A DNA stretch of 61,263 nucleotides from IMG/VR virus record IMGVR_UViG_3300045432_000021, positions 1-61,263 of that record; one strand, written 5' to 3'. The stretch is from a virus. Lineage: Duplodnaviria; Caudoviricetes. The notes beneath the pieces are model-generated. The model did no database searches and was not told the origin of the DNA. It saw only the letters and a list, made by a program, of their open reading frames with translations. Shown piece after piece: positions 48,843-56,764 of the stretch; within the stretch, counting starts at the first letter, position 1, and each line of letters opens with the position of its first letter. The translations under genes were made by a program, and so were the position numbers.

Positions 48843-49904
48843 ATGTCGAAATCTAAAAGTAAAGAATTTAATTTGCTAGGTGATGTTTATGGTAGTATCC
48901 TTAATAAAGTAAAGACGGTTAACGAAGGTGTAAACGAGATTGGTGATGCTCCTTTACAGGCTGGAGGTCCTCTTGAAAAGTCAGGATTTAGTAATAAAGT
49001 AATTGATAGAAGAACTTTGAAAGGTAAGGGAAAAGGAAAAGAATTAGAGAATTTTTATAACATTAATAACCTATCAGAAGAAGACGAAGAAGGTTGTAAG
49101 CATGCAGCTGAAGGTTGTGATTGCGACGATTGTGCTCAGTGTAGAGCTAATCAAAACAAAGAAGAAGATGAAGAGAGCAAAATGAAGGGTGTAGATGGAA
49201 AGGCTTGCTGGAAGGGTTATAAACAAATGGGGACTAAGAAGAAAGGTGGTAAGACTGTAGATAATTGTGTTAAGGAAGAAGTTGAAGAAAGTTTGAAAGA
49301 AAGTAGAAAAATAGCCCGCAAAAGCCTAAATAATTTTATGAGACAAAAATCCGTATTCGACAGACTATACGCCAATGTTATGAAAGAATCTTTCGGCATG
49401 CCGGGAGGTCAATCTGGTAGCCCTTATGGTGATGAAGCAGAGGAGGGTAATGACCTCGATGCTCTTGGCCTTGATGAAGTAACCCCTGATGACGAATTAG
49501 GCGGCGAAGGAGAAGGAGATGAAGTTTCCTTCACTCTTGACCGTGCAACTGCTGAAAAACTCCATGAGGTTCTTGGAGCTGTATTAGGTGGCGATATGGG
49601 TGAGATGGAAGATGAAGGCGGTGATGAAGGTGAAGGCGAATTTGGTGAAGAAGGTGGAATGGAAATGGGCGAAGAAGACGAAGAAGAATTAGGTCACGCT
49701 GGTGTTAATGCTAAATACAATGACGGAAAAAGCAATAAAGTTGGTAATCTAAAACCTGTAACCGGTGCTGCATCATCTAAATATACCGATAAAGTTGGTA
49801 ATGACGGTGATTTAGGCCACACTGGTGTTAATGCTAAATACAACGACGGAAAAAGCAATAAAGTTGGTACTCATAAAACCGGTAAATCAGCTTTCGAACA
49901 ATAA
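48843..49904 (+). CDS. acidic low-complexity protein, possible prohead core/internal protein
   Basis: Glu/Gly-rich; Cys cluster CKH..CDCDDCAQC; CWKGYKQMGTKKKGGKTVDNCVKEE motif; C-terminal duplication. Confidence 0.7.
   Translation: MSKSKSKEFNLLGDVYGSILNKVKTVNEGVNEIGDAPLQAGGPLEKSGFSNKVIDRRTLKGKGKGKELENFYNINNLSEEDEEGCKHAAEGCDCDDCAQCRANQNKEEDEESKMKGVDGKACWKGYKQMGTKKKGGKTVDNCVKEEVEESLKESRKIARKSLNNFMRQKSVFDRLYANVMKESFGMPGGQSGSPYGDEAEEGNDLDALGLDEVTPDDELGGEGEGDEVSFTLDRATAEKLHEVLGAVLGGDMGEMEDEGGDEGEGEFGEEGGMEMGEEDEEELGHAGVNAKYNDGKSNKVGNLKPVTGAASSKYTDKVGNDGDLGHTGVNAKYNDGKSNKVGTHKTGKSAFEQ
49690..49870 (+). repeat. two ~55-bp direct repeats within the CDS
   Basis: GGTGTTAATGCTAAATACAA(T/C)GACGGAAAAAGCAATAAAGTTGGTA twice (GHxGVNAKYNDGKSNKVG). 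Confidence 0.9.
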
Positions 49905-49926
49905 ACTAAATAAAAGGAAATAATAC

Positions 49927-49959
49927 AAGCCTAATGGTGAAAGCCATTAGGCTTTTTTT
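49927..49959 (+). terminator. rho-independent terminator
   Basis: AAGCCTAATGG-TGAAAG-CCATTAGGCTT followed by a T-tract. Confidence 0.9.
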
Positions 49960-49960
49960 G

Positions 49961-49968
49961 TATAAATA
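49961..49968 (+). promoter_or_regulatory. T4-type late promoter
   Basis: TATAAATA directly after the terminator, 6 nt before ATG 49975. Confidence 0.75.
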
Positions 49969-49974
49969 ATAATA

Positions 49975-50313
49975 ATGATTGCTTTTAAAGATTTTATAAT
50001 CGAATATTATAAAGGTGACCCAATTGTTAATCCGAGGATGACAAACGGTAAAGACCCTAATAGAGTTCTAAGTAGAATTAATCAGAATACTGTTAATAAA
50101 ACTTACAGTCATAAAGATCCAGTGGTTGATAATATAGTGAGTGGTAAGGCACAATCGCTTAAGTTGTCCGGTCAACCACTAATGGCTCTACTCGCCAAAT
50201 ATGATATTACATTTAGTCCAGGTGAGACTAAGGTTTTAGGCAATTCTGCAGTAGAGGTTGAAATGTCAGAAGATGTTTTAGGTAACACAGGAGTTTTTAG
50301 AAAACGCATATGA
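49975..50313 (+). CDS. hypothetical protein, possible capsid internal protein
   Basis: N-terminus MIAFKDFIIE resembles the T4 capsid-targeting sequence MKTYQEFIAE. Confidence 0.7.
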   Translation: MIAFKDFIIEYYKGDPIVNPRMTNGKDPNRVLSRINQNTVNKTYSHKDPVVDNIVSGKAQSLKLSGQPLMALLAKYDITFSPGETKVLGNSAVEVEMSEDVLGNTGVFRKRI

Positions 50314-51389
50314 GCTGTAATACAACGAGACAAGATTGTGACCCGGCTAGTATTTTTGCAGCGAATGCTAATCCAGCGTGTTCGCAGTTTTTTAATCCGG
50401 AAACCTTTCAAGCTGAGCAATTAATATATGACAACTCGTTTAAGGATCTTATTAATAGCTATGGAGTACCTATTTACTATTACGTCAATACTTTTAATTT
50501 AAGTAATGCAGATACTTTATACGGTCAGCATGCATTGAGCAGGTTTAATGGACCACATTCATTGCAGATGTATATTGAGTTATCTGAGAATTCTATAAGT
50601 CTATCTAAATTTGGATATGCAGCAGGAGATGATTTAACAGGATATTTACACATAACAACCTTTACAGATACTCTATCACCGGCTGTTAATTATGCTAGCT
50701 TTAATCAATCTATTGAACCAAAAGCAGGTGACTTAATTGAAGTTATTACACTTGGATGTGATAGACCAAATGGAAGAGGTGTTAAAGTATTTGAGATTAC
50801 AGAAAGAGTAGATCAAGATGTATCTGCGTTAAACCCGCTTATGGGTCACTATGTGTATAGATTGAGAGCTAAGAGATATGAATTCTCCTTCGAACCTAAT
50901 GCTCCTCAAGAGCCTGTCAATGATCAAGTTTATGAGAATAAATTTGTTAGTATAGCTGCAACTACTGTCAATGGTATAAAGATTTACTGGGGACCGGTAA
51001 CAGAGGTTAGTAGCATTTATAATCAATATACCTACCTTGATGGTCAAATGTACCTGACTGTAGGTAATTATAACCTATCATGGCTTGCTATAGAATTTGT
51101 ACCAGGTGCTCAGGATGTAGTTCCAGCAACTGACAATACATTACTCTACAACAGTACTAGCTATGTTACACTTAAACAAGGCAGTAAGTACTACAAGTGG
51201 AATGTATATGAAGAGCCTCTTGCACACAGTGCTTTAAACTATGACCCAACGCAAGGTACAATACACGAGATTGCAAGTCAACTAGTAATTAAAGATAAAA
51301 CCTATGATAGCGATATTGATGAGAGCTCCAAGAACGATGTATTGGATATGAATTCAAACAATACTGATATTTACGGCACATATTACTAA
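50310..51389 (+). CDS. neck / head-completion protein, T4 gp14-like
   Basis: LINSYGVPIYY, DTLYG, MYIE, LSKFG, EPKAGDLI, FEITE, YVYRLRAKRYEFS. Confidence 0.85.
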   Translation: MSCNTTRQDCDPASIFAANANPACSQFFNPETFQAEQLIYDNSFKDLINSYGVPIYYYVNTFNLSNADTLYGQHALSRFNGPHSLQMYIELSENSISLSKFGYAAGDDLTGYLHITTFTDTLSPAVNYASFNQSIEPKAGDLIEVITLGCDRPNGRGVKVFEITERVDQDVSALNPLMGHYVYRLRAKRYEFSFEPNAPQEPVNDQVYENKFVSIAATTVNGIKIYWGPVTEVSSIYNQYTYLDGQMYLTVGNYNLSWLAIEFVPGAQDVVPATDNTLLYNSTSYVTLKQGSKYYKWNVYEEPLAHSALNYDPTQGTIHEIASQLVIKDKTYDSDIDESSKNDVLDMNSNNTDIYGTYY

Positions 51390-51417
51390 TTGACTTTATA
51401 ACGAACTACAATACAAT
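51390..51417 (+). promoter_or_regulatory. sigma70-like promoter with a TAACGAAC element
   Basis: TTGACT-N16-TACAAT with CGAAC 5 nt before the -10 box; ATG 6 nt downstream. Confidence 0.7.
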
Positions 51418-51423
51418 TGTTTT

Positions 51424-52116
51424 ATGATTGTATTTGATAGCGATTCTCACACATACACTAATACTGAGACGAATGATAGATATATATCTACCACAACTCT
51501 GCTATCTAAATATAAAGAACCATTTGATAAAGAATATCATTCTCTCAGGGTAGCTAAGAGAGAGGGAGTACCGCAGGAAATGGTTCTTGAGGCTTGGGCT
51601 GCAGAGAATAAAAAATCTACAGATCGCGGAAGTCATATTCATAAACTACTCGAGAATTATGTTACTGTAGGAGAGATTCAAAGTGACTATAGATGGTTAT
51701 ACAGGTCATATGACAATGTCGTGAGCACTAGTATTGATAAGTTTAAGACTTTTAGTAGTGAGAAACTACTTTATAATCATGAGTTTAAATTAGCTGGTAC
51801 TGCTGATTTAATTTTTGATCATGGTGATTTCTTTACTGTAGGTGACTTTAAAACTAATAAAAGATTTAGCTTCACCAGTCCTTACAACGAGGTACACAAA
51901 GACCCTATTGCTCACTTATCTTATTGTGAGTTTAATACATACGCTTTACAGCTATCCGTATATGCATATATGCATGAAGAGCTAACTGGTAAAAAATGCT
52001 CTAAACTAGTTGTATTTTACCTTGACGAATCAAACTTCAAACCTATTCATTGTAACTATCTTAAGACAGATGTAATAAACCTCCTAAAACATTTTCAAGT
52101 AAATAGCAAACTTTAA
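51424..52116 (+). CDS. PD-(D/E)XK exonuclease
   Basis: FDSDSHTY, STTTLL, RGSHIH, LAGTADLI, GDFKT, YALQLSVYAYM. Confidence 0.85.
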   Translation: MIVFDSDSHTYTNTETNDRYISTTTLLSKYKEPFDKEYHSLRVAKREGVPQEMVLEAWAAENKKSTDRGSHIHKLLENYVTVGEIQSDYRWLYRSYDNVVSTSIDKFKTFSSEKLLYNHEFKLAGTADLIFDHGDFFTVGDFKTNKRFSFTSPYNEVHKDPIAHLSYCEFNTYALQLSVYAYMHEELTGKKCSKLVVFYLDESNFKPIHCNYLKTDVINLLKHFQVNSKL

Positions 52117-52144
52117 TATTAAATGAATATATACTTAGTATAAA

Positions 52145-52360
52145 ATGAAAAAATCAGCTATACTAAAGAAATTAGAACATCATATTAATTTGATTTATGA
52201 GAATTTAGATAATATTTCTACGTTACTTGAAATTGATTTAGAGGACGAAGTGTTGTGTGAAATGTCAGAAGACTTTAAAAAGAATGTAGAAGAAGCGATT
52301 TCAGAAAACGATACCAGTAGCTATAATGATATTGTGGAGTATATTAATGAGAATTATTAA
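52145..52360 (+). CDS. hypothetical acidic protein
   Basis: 71 aa ORF. Confidence 0.7.
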   Translation: MKKSAILKKLEHHINLIYENLDNISTLLEIDLEDEVLCEMSEDFKKNVEEAISENDTSSYNDIVEYINENY

Positions 52361-52368
52361 ATAGGTGT

Positions 52369-52566
52369 ATGAAAGCTTTTAAATCCTTCTTTAAACCTAT
52401 TGACCCTACTATAGAATACGATCCAGAAGAACTACAATTAGGTATTAAAGTAGAACTAGAGCACACACCATATAAGACTATTGCAATAACTATAGCTAAG
52501 CAGCACTTAGCAGAAGACCCAAAGTATTATACCAAACTAAAAGGTATGCATACTGAGATAAAATAA
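52369..52566 (+). CDS. DUF5661-like protein
   Basis: ELQLGIKVELEHT...IAKQHLAEDPKYYTKL; late box 5 nt upstream. Confidence 0.8.
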   Translation: MKAFKSFFKPIDPTIEYDPEELQLGIKVELEHTPYKTIAITIAKQHLAEDPKYYTKLKGMHTEIK

Positions 52567-52573
52567 AATTACA

Positions 52574-53431
52574 ATGAATAACATACTAATATTAGGTAAA
52601 GGTTATATAGGTACGTTTTTATATAACTACTTAAAAGACAAAGGACTAAAAGTTAAATTACTAAGTAAGACAGATATTAATTATAATGATTATTATATCT
52701 TTAGTAACTATCTCTTATTTGAAAAACCATCCTATGTAATTAACTGTTCAGGATTTACTGGGATACCTAATATTGACCAAGCAGAAGAACTAAAAGATCA
52801 GTGTTGGTTCTTTAACACACAAGGTCCTGTTAACACAAATAGAGCTTGTAGGTCTAAACGCGTTAATTATATTCACTTATCATCTGGTTGTGTATACAGC
52901 GGGTATAGTAAACGGTTTACAGAGGAAGATACTCCAAATTTTGGACTCTTTAACGAGTCTTCTTTCTATTCCAAATCAAAACACGCCTATGAGACCCTAG
53001 CAGGCGACTATGGAATGACTGTTCGAATTCGTATGCCCTACTGCTCATTAGTTAATGAGCGTAGCTATCTAAATAAGATCTTAAAATTTAATAAACTTTT
53101 AGACGTAGTAAATTCTAGAACATCACTTCATGATCTTAGTAGCTTCTTATACTACTTTATTGACAATAGTTTTAGACCTAATTACTTTGGTATATTAAAC
53201 TTTACTAGTAAGGAGCCTCTACTACCAACGCAAATTATTAGCCTTGTAGAAGATTATGGTAAATTACCAGAAGGTAGAGATTCTAGTTTAGTACAAATTA
53301 CTAGAGAATTAGGTCAAAAGGCGCCAAGATCCAATTGTATACTTTCTACAGATAAATTAGAGAGGCTCTTACCTGACTATAAGGTAAACACAGAACTAGA
53401 ATCATTAAAATATATACTGAGTAATGTTTAA
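52574..53431 (+). CDS. RmlD-like NAD(P)-dependent sugar-nucleotide reductase/epimerase
   Basis: ILILGKGYIG, VINCSGFTGIPNIDQAE, HLSSGCVY, YSKSK, RSNCILSTDKL. Confidence 0.88.
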   Translation: MNNILILGKGYIGTFLYNYLKDKGLKVKLLSKTDINYNDYYIFSNYLLFEKPSYVINCSGFTGIPNIDQAEELKDQCWFFNTQGPVNTNRACRSKRVNYIHLSSGCVYSGYSKRFTEEDTPNFGLFNESSFYSKSKHAYETLAGDYGMTVRIRMPYCSLVNERSYLNKILKFNKLLDVVNSRTSLHDLSSFLYYFIDNSFRPNYFGILNFTSKEPLLPTQIISLVEDYGKLPEGRDSSLVQITRELGQKAPRSNCILSTDKLERLLPDYKVNTELESLKYILSNV

Positions 53432-53436
53432 AATAA

Positions 53437-53874
53437 ATGATAAAGCTAATACCTTCAGCAGGTATTATAAAGGATACTAAATTAGATTTCGATCTTCTAT
53501 CCTTTATAATTAGTAGATTCTTCCTCCCTAATAAAAGAGTTGTACTAAAAGTTCATAAGACAAGGTTTGATTATTCTTACTTTTGTTCTGATGACGGCAT
53601 GATTGGTTTAGATTTAAAGTCAAATAAAACACTATTACAGACAGTAAAGACTCTCTTACACGAGCTCAGACACTATATACAGACCAAACATTTTAAAATA
53701 GAGTTTGAAGAGTATGATAATAAGTATTATGTTTATTATAATTCTGCTGAAGAGAAAGATGCTCGTACATATGAAAAATTAGCAAAAGAGGTCTGCCAAA
53801 TATACAAAAGCTATAAAAATATAGATAAAAAAATAATGGAATTAAAACTTGCAAACTTTAACGAACTCATATAG
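53437..53874 (+). CDS. putative Zn-metallopeptidase (HExxH)
   Basis: TLLHELRHYIQ...YYNSAEEKDAR. Confidence 0.7.
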   Translation: MIKLIPSAGIIKDTKLDFDLLSFIISRFFLPNKRVVLKVHKTRFDYSYFCSDDGMIGLDLKSNKTLLQTVKTLLHELRHYIQTKHFKIEFEEYDNKYYVYYNSAEEKDARTYEKLAKEVCQIYKSYKNIDKKIMELKLANFNELI

Positions 53875-53877
53875 TAT
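53849..53877 (+). promoter_or_regulatory. promoter with a TAACGAAC element
   Basis: TTGCAA-N17-TAGTAT, with CGAAC 5 nt before the -10 box. Confidence 0.55.
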
Positions 53878-53925
53878 ATGAGAACAACACGTGAATAAAA
53901 AAACAGAATAACATAAATAAATAAA

Positions 53926-54099
53926 ATGCTAGAAGGACAAATTGGAAATAATTGGTTTGTGTACGATAAAGATAGCAATAAGATCACAGTCTTTCAAAAA
54001 GGTGATGTAGATCCTGTCGCTTATATTAGTGTAAATGAAGACCTAAGTGAGAAGAACTTTCATTACGAGATTATGGATTGGTCGTTGCAGAATAGCTAA
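53926..54099 (+). CDS. small hypothetical protein (not in the ORF track)
   Basis: Read by hand: MLEGQIGNNWFVYDKDSNKITVFQ...WSLQNS*, 57 aa. Confidence 0.65.
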   Translation: MLEGQIGNNWFVYDKDSNKITVFQKGDVDPVAYISVNEDLSEKNFHYEIMDWSLQNS

Positions 54100-54106
54100 G
54101 TTGTTG

Positions 54107-54152
54107 TATCTCAAGCGAGAGTTAAAAATTTAACTTATAATCGCTTGAGATA
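54107..54152. promoter_or_regulatory. long hairpin abutting late promoter TATAAATA (54151-54158)
   Basis: TATCTCAAGCGA...TCGCTTGAGATA 12-bp arms plus an inner AGTTAAA/TTTAACT stem. Confidence 0.65.
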
Positions 54153-54163
54153 TAAATACTAAC

Positions 54164-54499
54164 ATGATCGAAGATGAAAAAACATTAATAAGAGAATTTA
54201 TCAACGGTGGTTGGCTTGTTACTTTGTTAGGATCTTTGGCTATGACAGCGCGCTTGTTTGCTTCTGCTAACAAGCATACAATAATTGATCAGGTTAAAAA
54301 AATTATTGCTGCTGCTCTATCTTCTACTATTGCGTGGTTTATACTCGAGCAGACAGATATATCTAGTATATACAAAGCAATGTCATATGGCATAATTGGT
54401 GTTATATCTCCTGAGGTTATCGGTGGTCTTGTTAAATTAGGCAAATATTTTGAGAAAAAGCCTACAGAAGCAATAGATCAAATTAAAAAAATATTATAA
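54164..54499 (+). CDS. multi-pass membrane protein, putative holin
   Basis: Three hydrophobic segments and a charged C-terminus; late promoter 5 nt upstream. Confidence 0.5.
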   Translation: MIEDEKTLIREFINGGWLVTLLGSLAMTARLFASANKHTIIDQVKKIIAAALSSTIAWFILEQTDISSIYKAMSYGIIGVISPEVIGGLVKLGKYFEKKPTEAIDQIKKIL

Positions 54500-54858
54500 T
54501 GAAACTTAAACTAGCTAGTATAACTCTACTCCTATCCTCCATACTTCTAGTTGCAGGCTGTGATGTAGCTGCACAAGTCAAAGTAACTTCAGTCCGAACA
54601 GCATGGGATTATGATTTTGTTACAAACGTAGACGTTAAAGGATTTTATATTTATAAGAAAGTACAAAACGGTACTGATGTGAGTTGGGTCAAGATTGGAG
54701 ATGTAAAGGCGCCTGCTTTAGAATTTGCTATTCAGTCTCCTTATGAAGGTACATATGCTGTCGCTGCATATAATGATTATGATGAATCTGATAAGAGTAA
54801 TGAGCTAAAACTTACTGGTAAAATACCTTCCCCTGCTAAATTCAGAACTACCAAATAA
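54499..54858 (+). CDS. lipoprotein with Fn3-like domain
   Basis: Signal peptide with lipobox LVAG-C; AWD...VKGFYIY...YAVAAYN...ESDKSNE. Confidence 0.7.
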   Translation: MKLKLASITLLLSSILLVAGCDVAAQVKVTSVRTAWDYDFVTNVDVKGFYIYKKVQNGTDVSWVKIGDVKAPALEFAIQSPYEGTYAVAAYNDYDESDKSNELKLTGKIPSPAKFRTTK

Positions 54859-54874
54859 CGAACTACTATATCAT
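54856..54874 (+). promoter_or_regulatory. TAACGAAC-N5-TATCAT promoter
   Basis: Conserved motif and spacing; no good -35 box. Confidence 0.55.
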
Positions 54875-54896
54875 AAGGTGTAAAGTATTTACTACT

Positions 54897-55139
54897 ATGA
54901 TTTGTTACTGTGGAAAACCTGTCGAGCCAGCTCGCATCGAGTTTGGATTAACTAAGTGCTTATCTTGTGCTAAAAATATTCCATATCGACCCTTAAAAGC
55001 TCGAATGGTTTACTTGGATAAATGTACTTCTATGATTGAAATTCATACCTCTGATTCTTGGAATGAAAATAAAAAGTACTTTACTCCTAACGGAGCGCGC
55101 TCTGTAGTTAAGAACTTTTCAAAAAATATATCTGGATAG
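54897..55139 (+). CDS. C4 zinc-finger protein (TraR/DksA-finger-like)
   Basis: CYCGKPVEPARIEFGLTKCLSCA. Confidence 0.6.
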   Translation: MICYCGKPVEPARIEFGLTKCLSCAKNIPYRPLKARMVYLDKCTSMIEIHTSDSWNENKKYFTPNGARSVVKNFSKNISG

Positions 55140-55165
55140 TAGTAATTTAACTGTTATAATAAAGT

Positions 55166-55405
55166 ATGATTGAAAATGAAGTATCCAGAAAAATTCTTGA
55201 TGAAGCGCGAGAAATTATTACAAGACACGCAAAAGAAGATGATGAAATTTTTGAGAAGTGTAAAGCTCTTCTCAAAGAGCCGGAATCAGATGTAGGTCAA
55301 GACGTACTTTTTGATTATCTCTTTAATCGTAAATTTCCCTATGACGGTTCGTGTAGTGATTATGACGACCGTATAGAACGAGAATTAAACCAAGAACTAA
55401 AATAA
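55166..55405 (+). CDS. hypothetical protein
   Basis: 79 aa; TGTTATAAT (extended -10) just upstream. Confidence 0.7.
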   Translation: MIENEVSRKILDEAREIITRHAKEDDEIFEKCKALLKEPESDVGQDVLFDYLFNRKFPYDGSCSDYDDRIERELNQELK

Positions 55406-55410
55406 TACAT

Positions 55411-55947
55411 ATGAAAGGCGAATGGAGTGGTGGTAAAGGATCTTTTCCACGTAAAGTTGATACTAATAAGTACAATTCCAACTACGATGTAATCTTTAAA
55501 AAGAATCAAAAGAATCTATTTCTTGATGATCAAAGGTGGCCGCGTGATGTATGCTGGATGAATATTGATTATACATCTTATGAATGGGAGATTGTAAGGG
55601 ATTTTGAACAATTCAAAAAAGCATTAGACGAGAAAACATATGATTTTATCTCGTTTGATCATGACCTTGATAGGTCTGCTTCCTATGAATGTGTCCTAAG
55701 TCTTAGCAATAAAACAGAGTACAATTATAGTAAAGTAAAGGAAAGGACCGGACGGGATTGTGCGATTTACCTAAAGGCTAAGTGTATAAACGAAGGTATA
55801 GATCTTCCTAAGTATGCAGTTCATAGTTTAAACAAGCAAGGGTCTGCTAATATTATTGATATCCTAGAAGAAGATAAACTTATTGCATACAATACTAGTG
55901 ACGAATTAGCTATTAATAAGTCTGATGAGATCTTAAGTATAATCTAA
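55411..55947 (+). CDS. cyclic-phosphate-processing receiver-like domain protein
   Basis: LFLDDQR.P, ISFDHDL, TGRDCA, VHSLN..G..NI. Confidence 0.75.
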   Translation: MKGEWSGGKGSFPRKVDTNKYNSNYDVIFKKNQKNLFLDDQRWPRDVCWMNIDYTSYEWEIVRDFEQFKKALDEKTYDFISFDHDLDRSASYECVLSLSNKTEYNYSKVKERTGRDCAIYLKAKCINEGIDLPKYAVHSLNKQGSANIIDILEEDKLIAYNTSDELAINKSDEILSII

Positions 55948-55963
55948 AGACTAAGTAAACTAT

Positions 55964-56332
55964 ATGACAAGCGACCTAGAATTAAAATTAGTAGAAAAGC
56001 ACCCGGAGATACTTTCTAGGTATAGAGGAGATGTAGATAAAACCTGCTTCGCTTTTGGTTTCGATCATGGCAACGGCTGGTTTTATATAGTTCAGGAAAT
56101 GCTTGATAAAATTCAAAATATTGTAAATGAAACAGGCATAGAAGTCAAAGTAGAACAAATTAAAGAGAAGTGGGATTCTCTAAGATGCTATGTTGATTTT
56201 GAGCCGGGACAAAGAGGAGCTAAAATACAACAAGGGATATCTCAAATAAACGAAATAATAAATAACGCGCAGGAGCTCTCCAAAACTATTTGTCCACGTA
56301 CTGGAGAACCTAAACAAGTATCGTATAAATAA
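55964..56332 (+). CDS. conserved phage hypothetical protein
   Basis: FGFDHGNGWF...EQIKEKWDSLRCY...SKTIC motif common in phage proteins. Confidence 0.75.
   Translation: MTSDLELKLVEKHPEILSRYRGDVDKTCFAFGFDHGNGWFYIVQEMLDKIQNIVNETGIEVKVEQIKEKWDSLRCYVDFEPGQRGAKIQQGISQINEIINNAQELSKTICPRTGEPKQVSYK
56324..56331 (+). promoter_or_regulatory. T4-type late promoter (HiPIP gene)
   Basis: TATAAATA, 6 nt before ATG 56338. Confidence 0.65.
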
Positions 56333-56337
56333 TTTTT

Positions 56338-56568
56338 ATGAAAGTTGACTTTAGTGATCTTGCAGAAATTGTAGAAATGTTGCTTGAGAAAGCTAAACAA
56401 AAACATCCGAAATCTGAAGCAAATTATGTAGAAAGGACCGTTGACGGTAAGAGGTGTGATGAGTGCACTATGTGGAGAGCTCCTGACGGTTGTTCTGCAG
56501 TTGCTGGTAAGATTAAACCAAACGCTTATTGCGACTGGTGGAAAAAAAGTAAACGCAAAAAAGAGTAG
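56338..56568 (+). CDS. high-potential iron-sulfur protein (HiPIP)-like
   Basis: K...ANY...GKRCDECTMWRAPDGCSAVAGKIKPNAYCDWW = C-x2-C-x8-C-x12-C HiPIP pattern. Confidence 0.8.
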   Translation: MKVDFSDLAEIVEMLLEKAKQKHPKSEANYVERTVDGKRCDECTMWRAPDGCSAVAGKIKPNAYCDWWKKSKRKKE

Positions 56569-56574
56569 ATTAGT

Positions 56575-56593
56575 TAACGAACTTTCATATAAT
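56575..56593 (+). promoter_or_regulatory. TAACGAAC-N5-TATAAT promoter
   Basis: Conserved motif; ATG 5 nt downstream. Confidence 0.65.
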
Positions 56594-56598
56594 AAGGT

Positions 56599-56757
56599 AT
56601 GAAGTTAATCCTTTCAGAAAGCGACAAAGCGTTTGCTAGAAAGTATAAGATGACAGATTATGAGATGTTCTTATACAAACAAGAAACAGTAAAAGAGGAA
56701 GAAGTCTTAAGAGACTGGTATAAAATTCAAAACAAAGAACACATTTTTTCAAAATAA
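56599..56757 (+). CDS. small hypothetical protein (not in the ORF track)
   Basis: Read by hand: MKLILSESDKAFARKYKMTDYEMF...HIFSK*, 52 aa. Confidence 0.65.
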   Translation: MKLILSESDKAFARKYKMTDYEMFLYKQETVKEEEVLRDWYKIQNKEHIFSK

Positions 56758-56764
56758 TTCTTTA

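Noticed and set aside
51424-52116. Cas4 / CRISPR-associated nuclease
   Set aside because: The PD-(D/E)XK core lacks the four-Cys Fe-S motif, and there are no cas genes or array nearby.
53878-53898. Mini-ORF MRTTRE* directly after the -10 box
   Set aside because: The ATG abuts the -10 hexamer and so probably lies upstream of the transcription start; too short to support.
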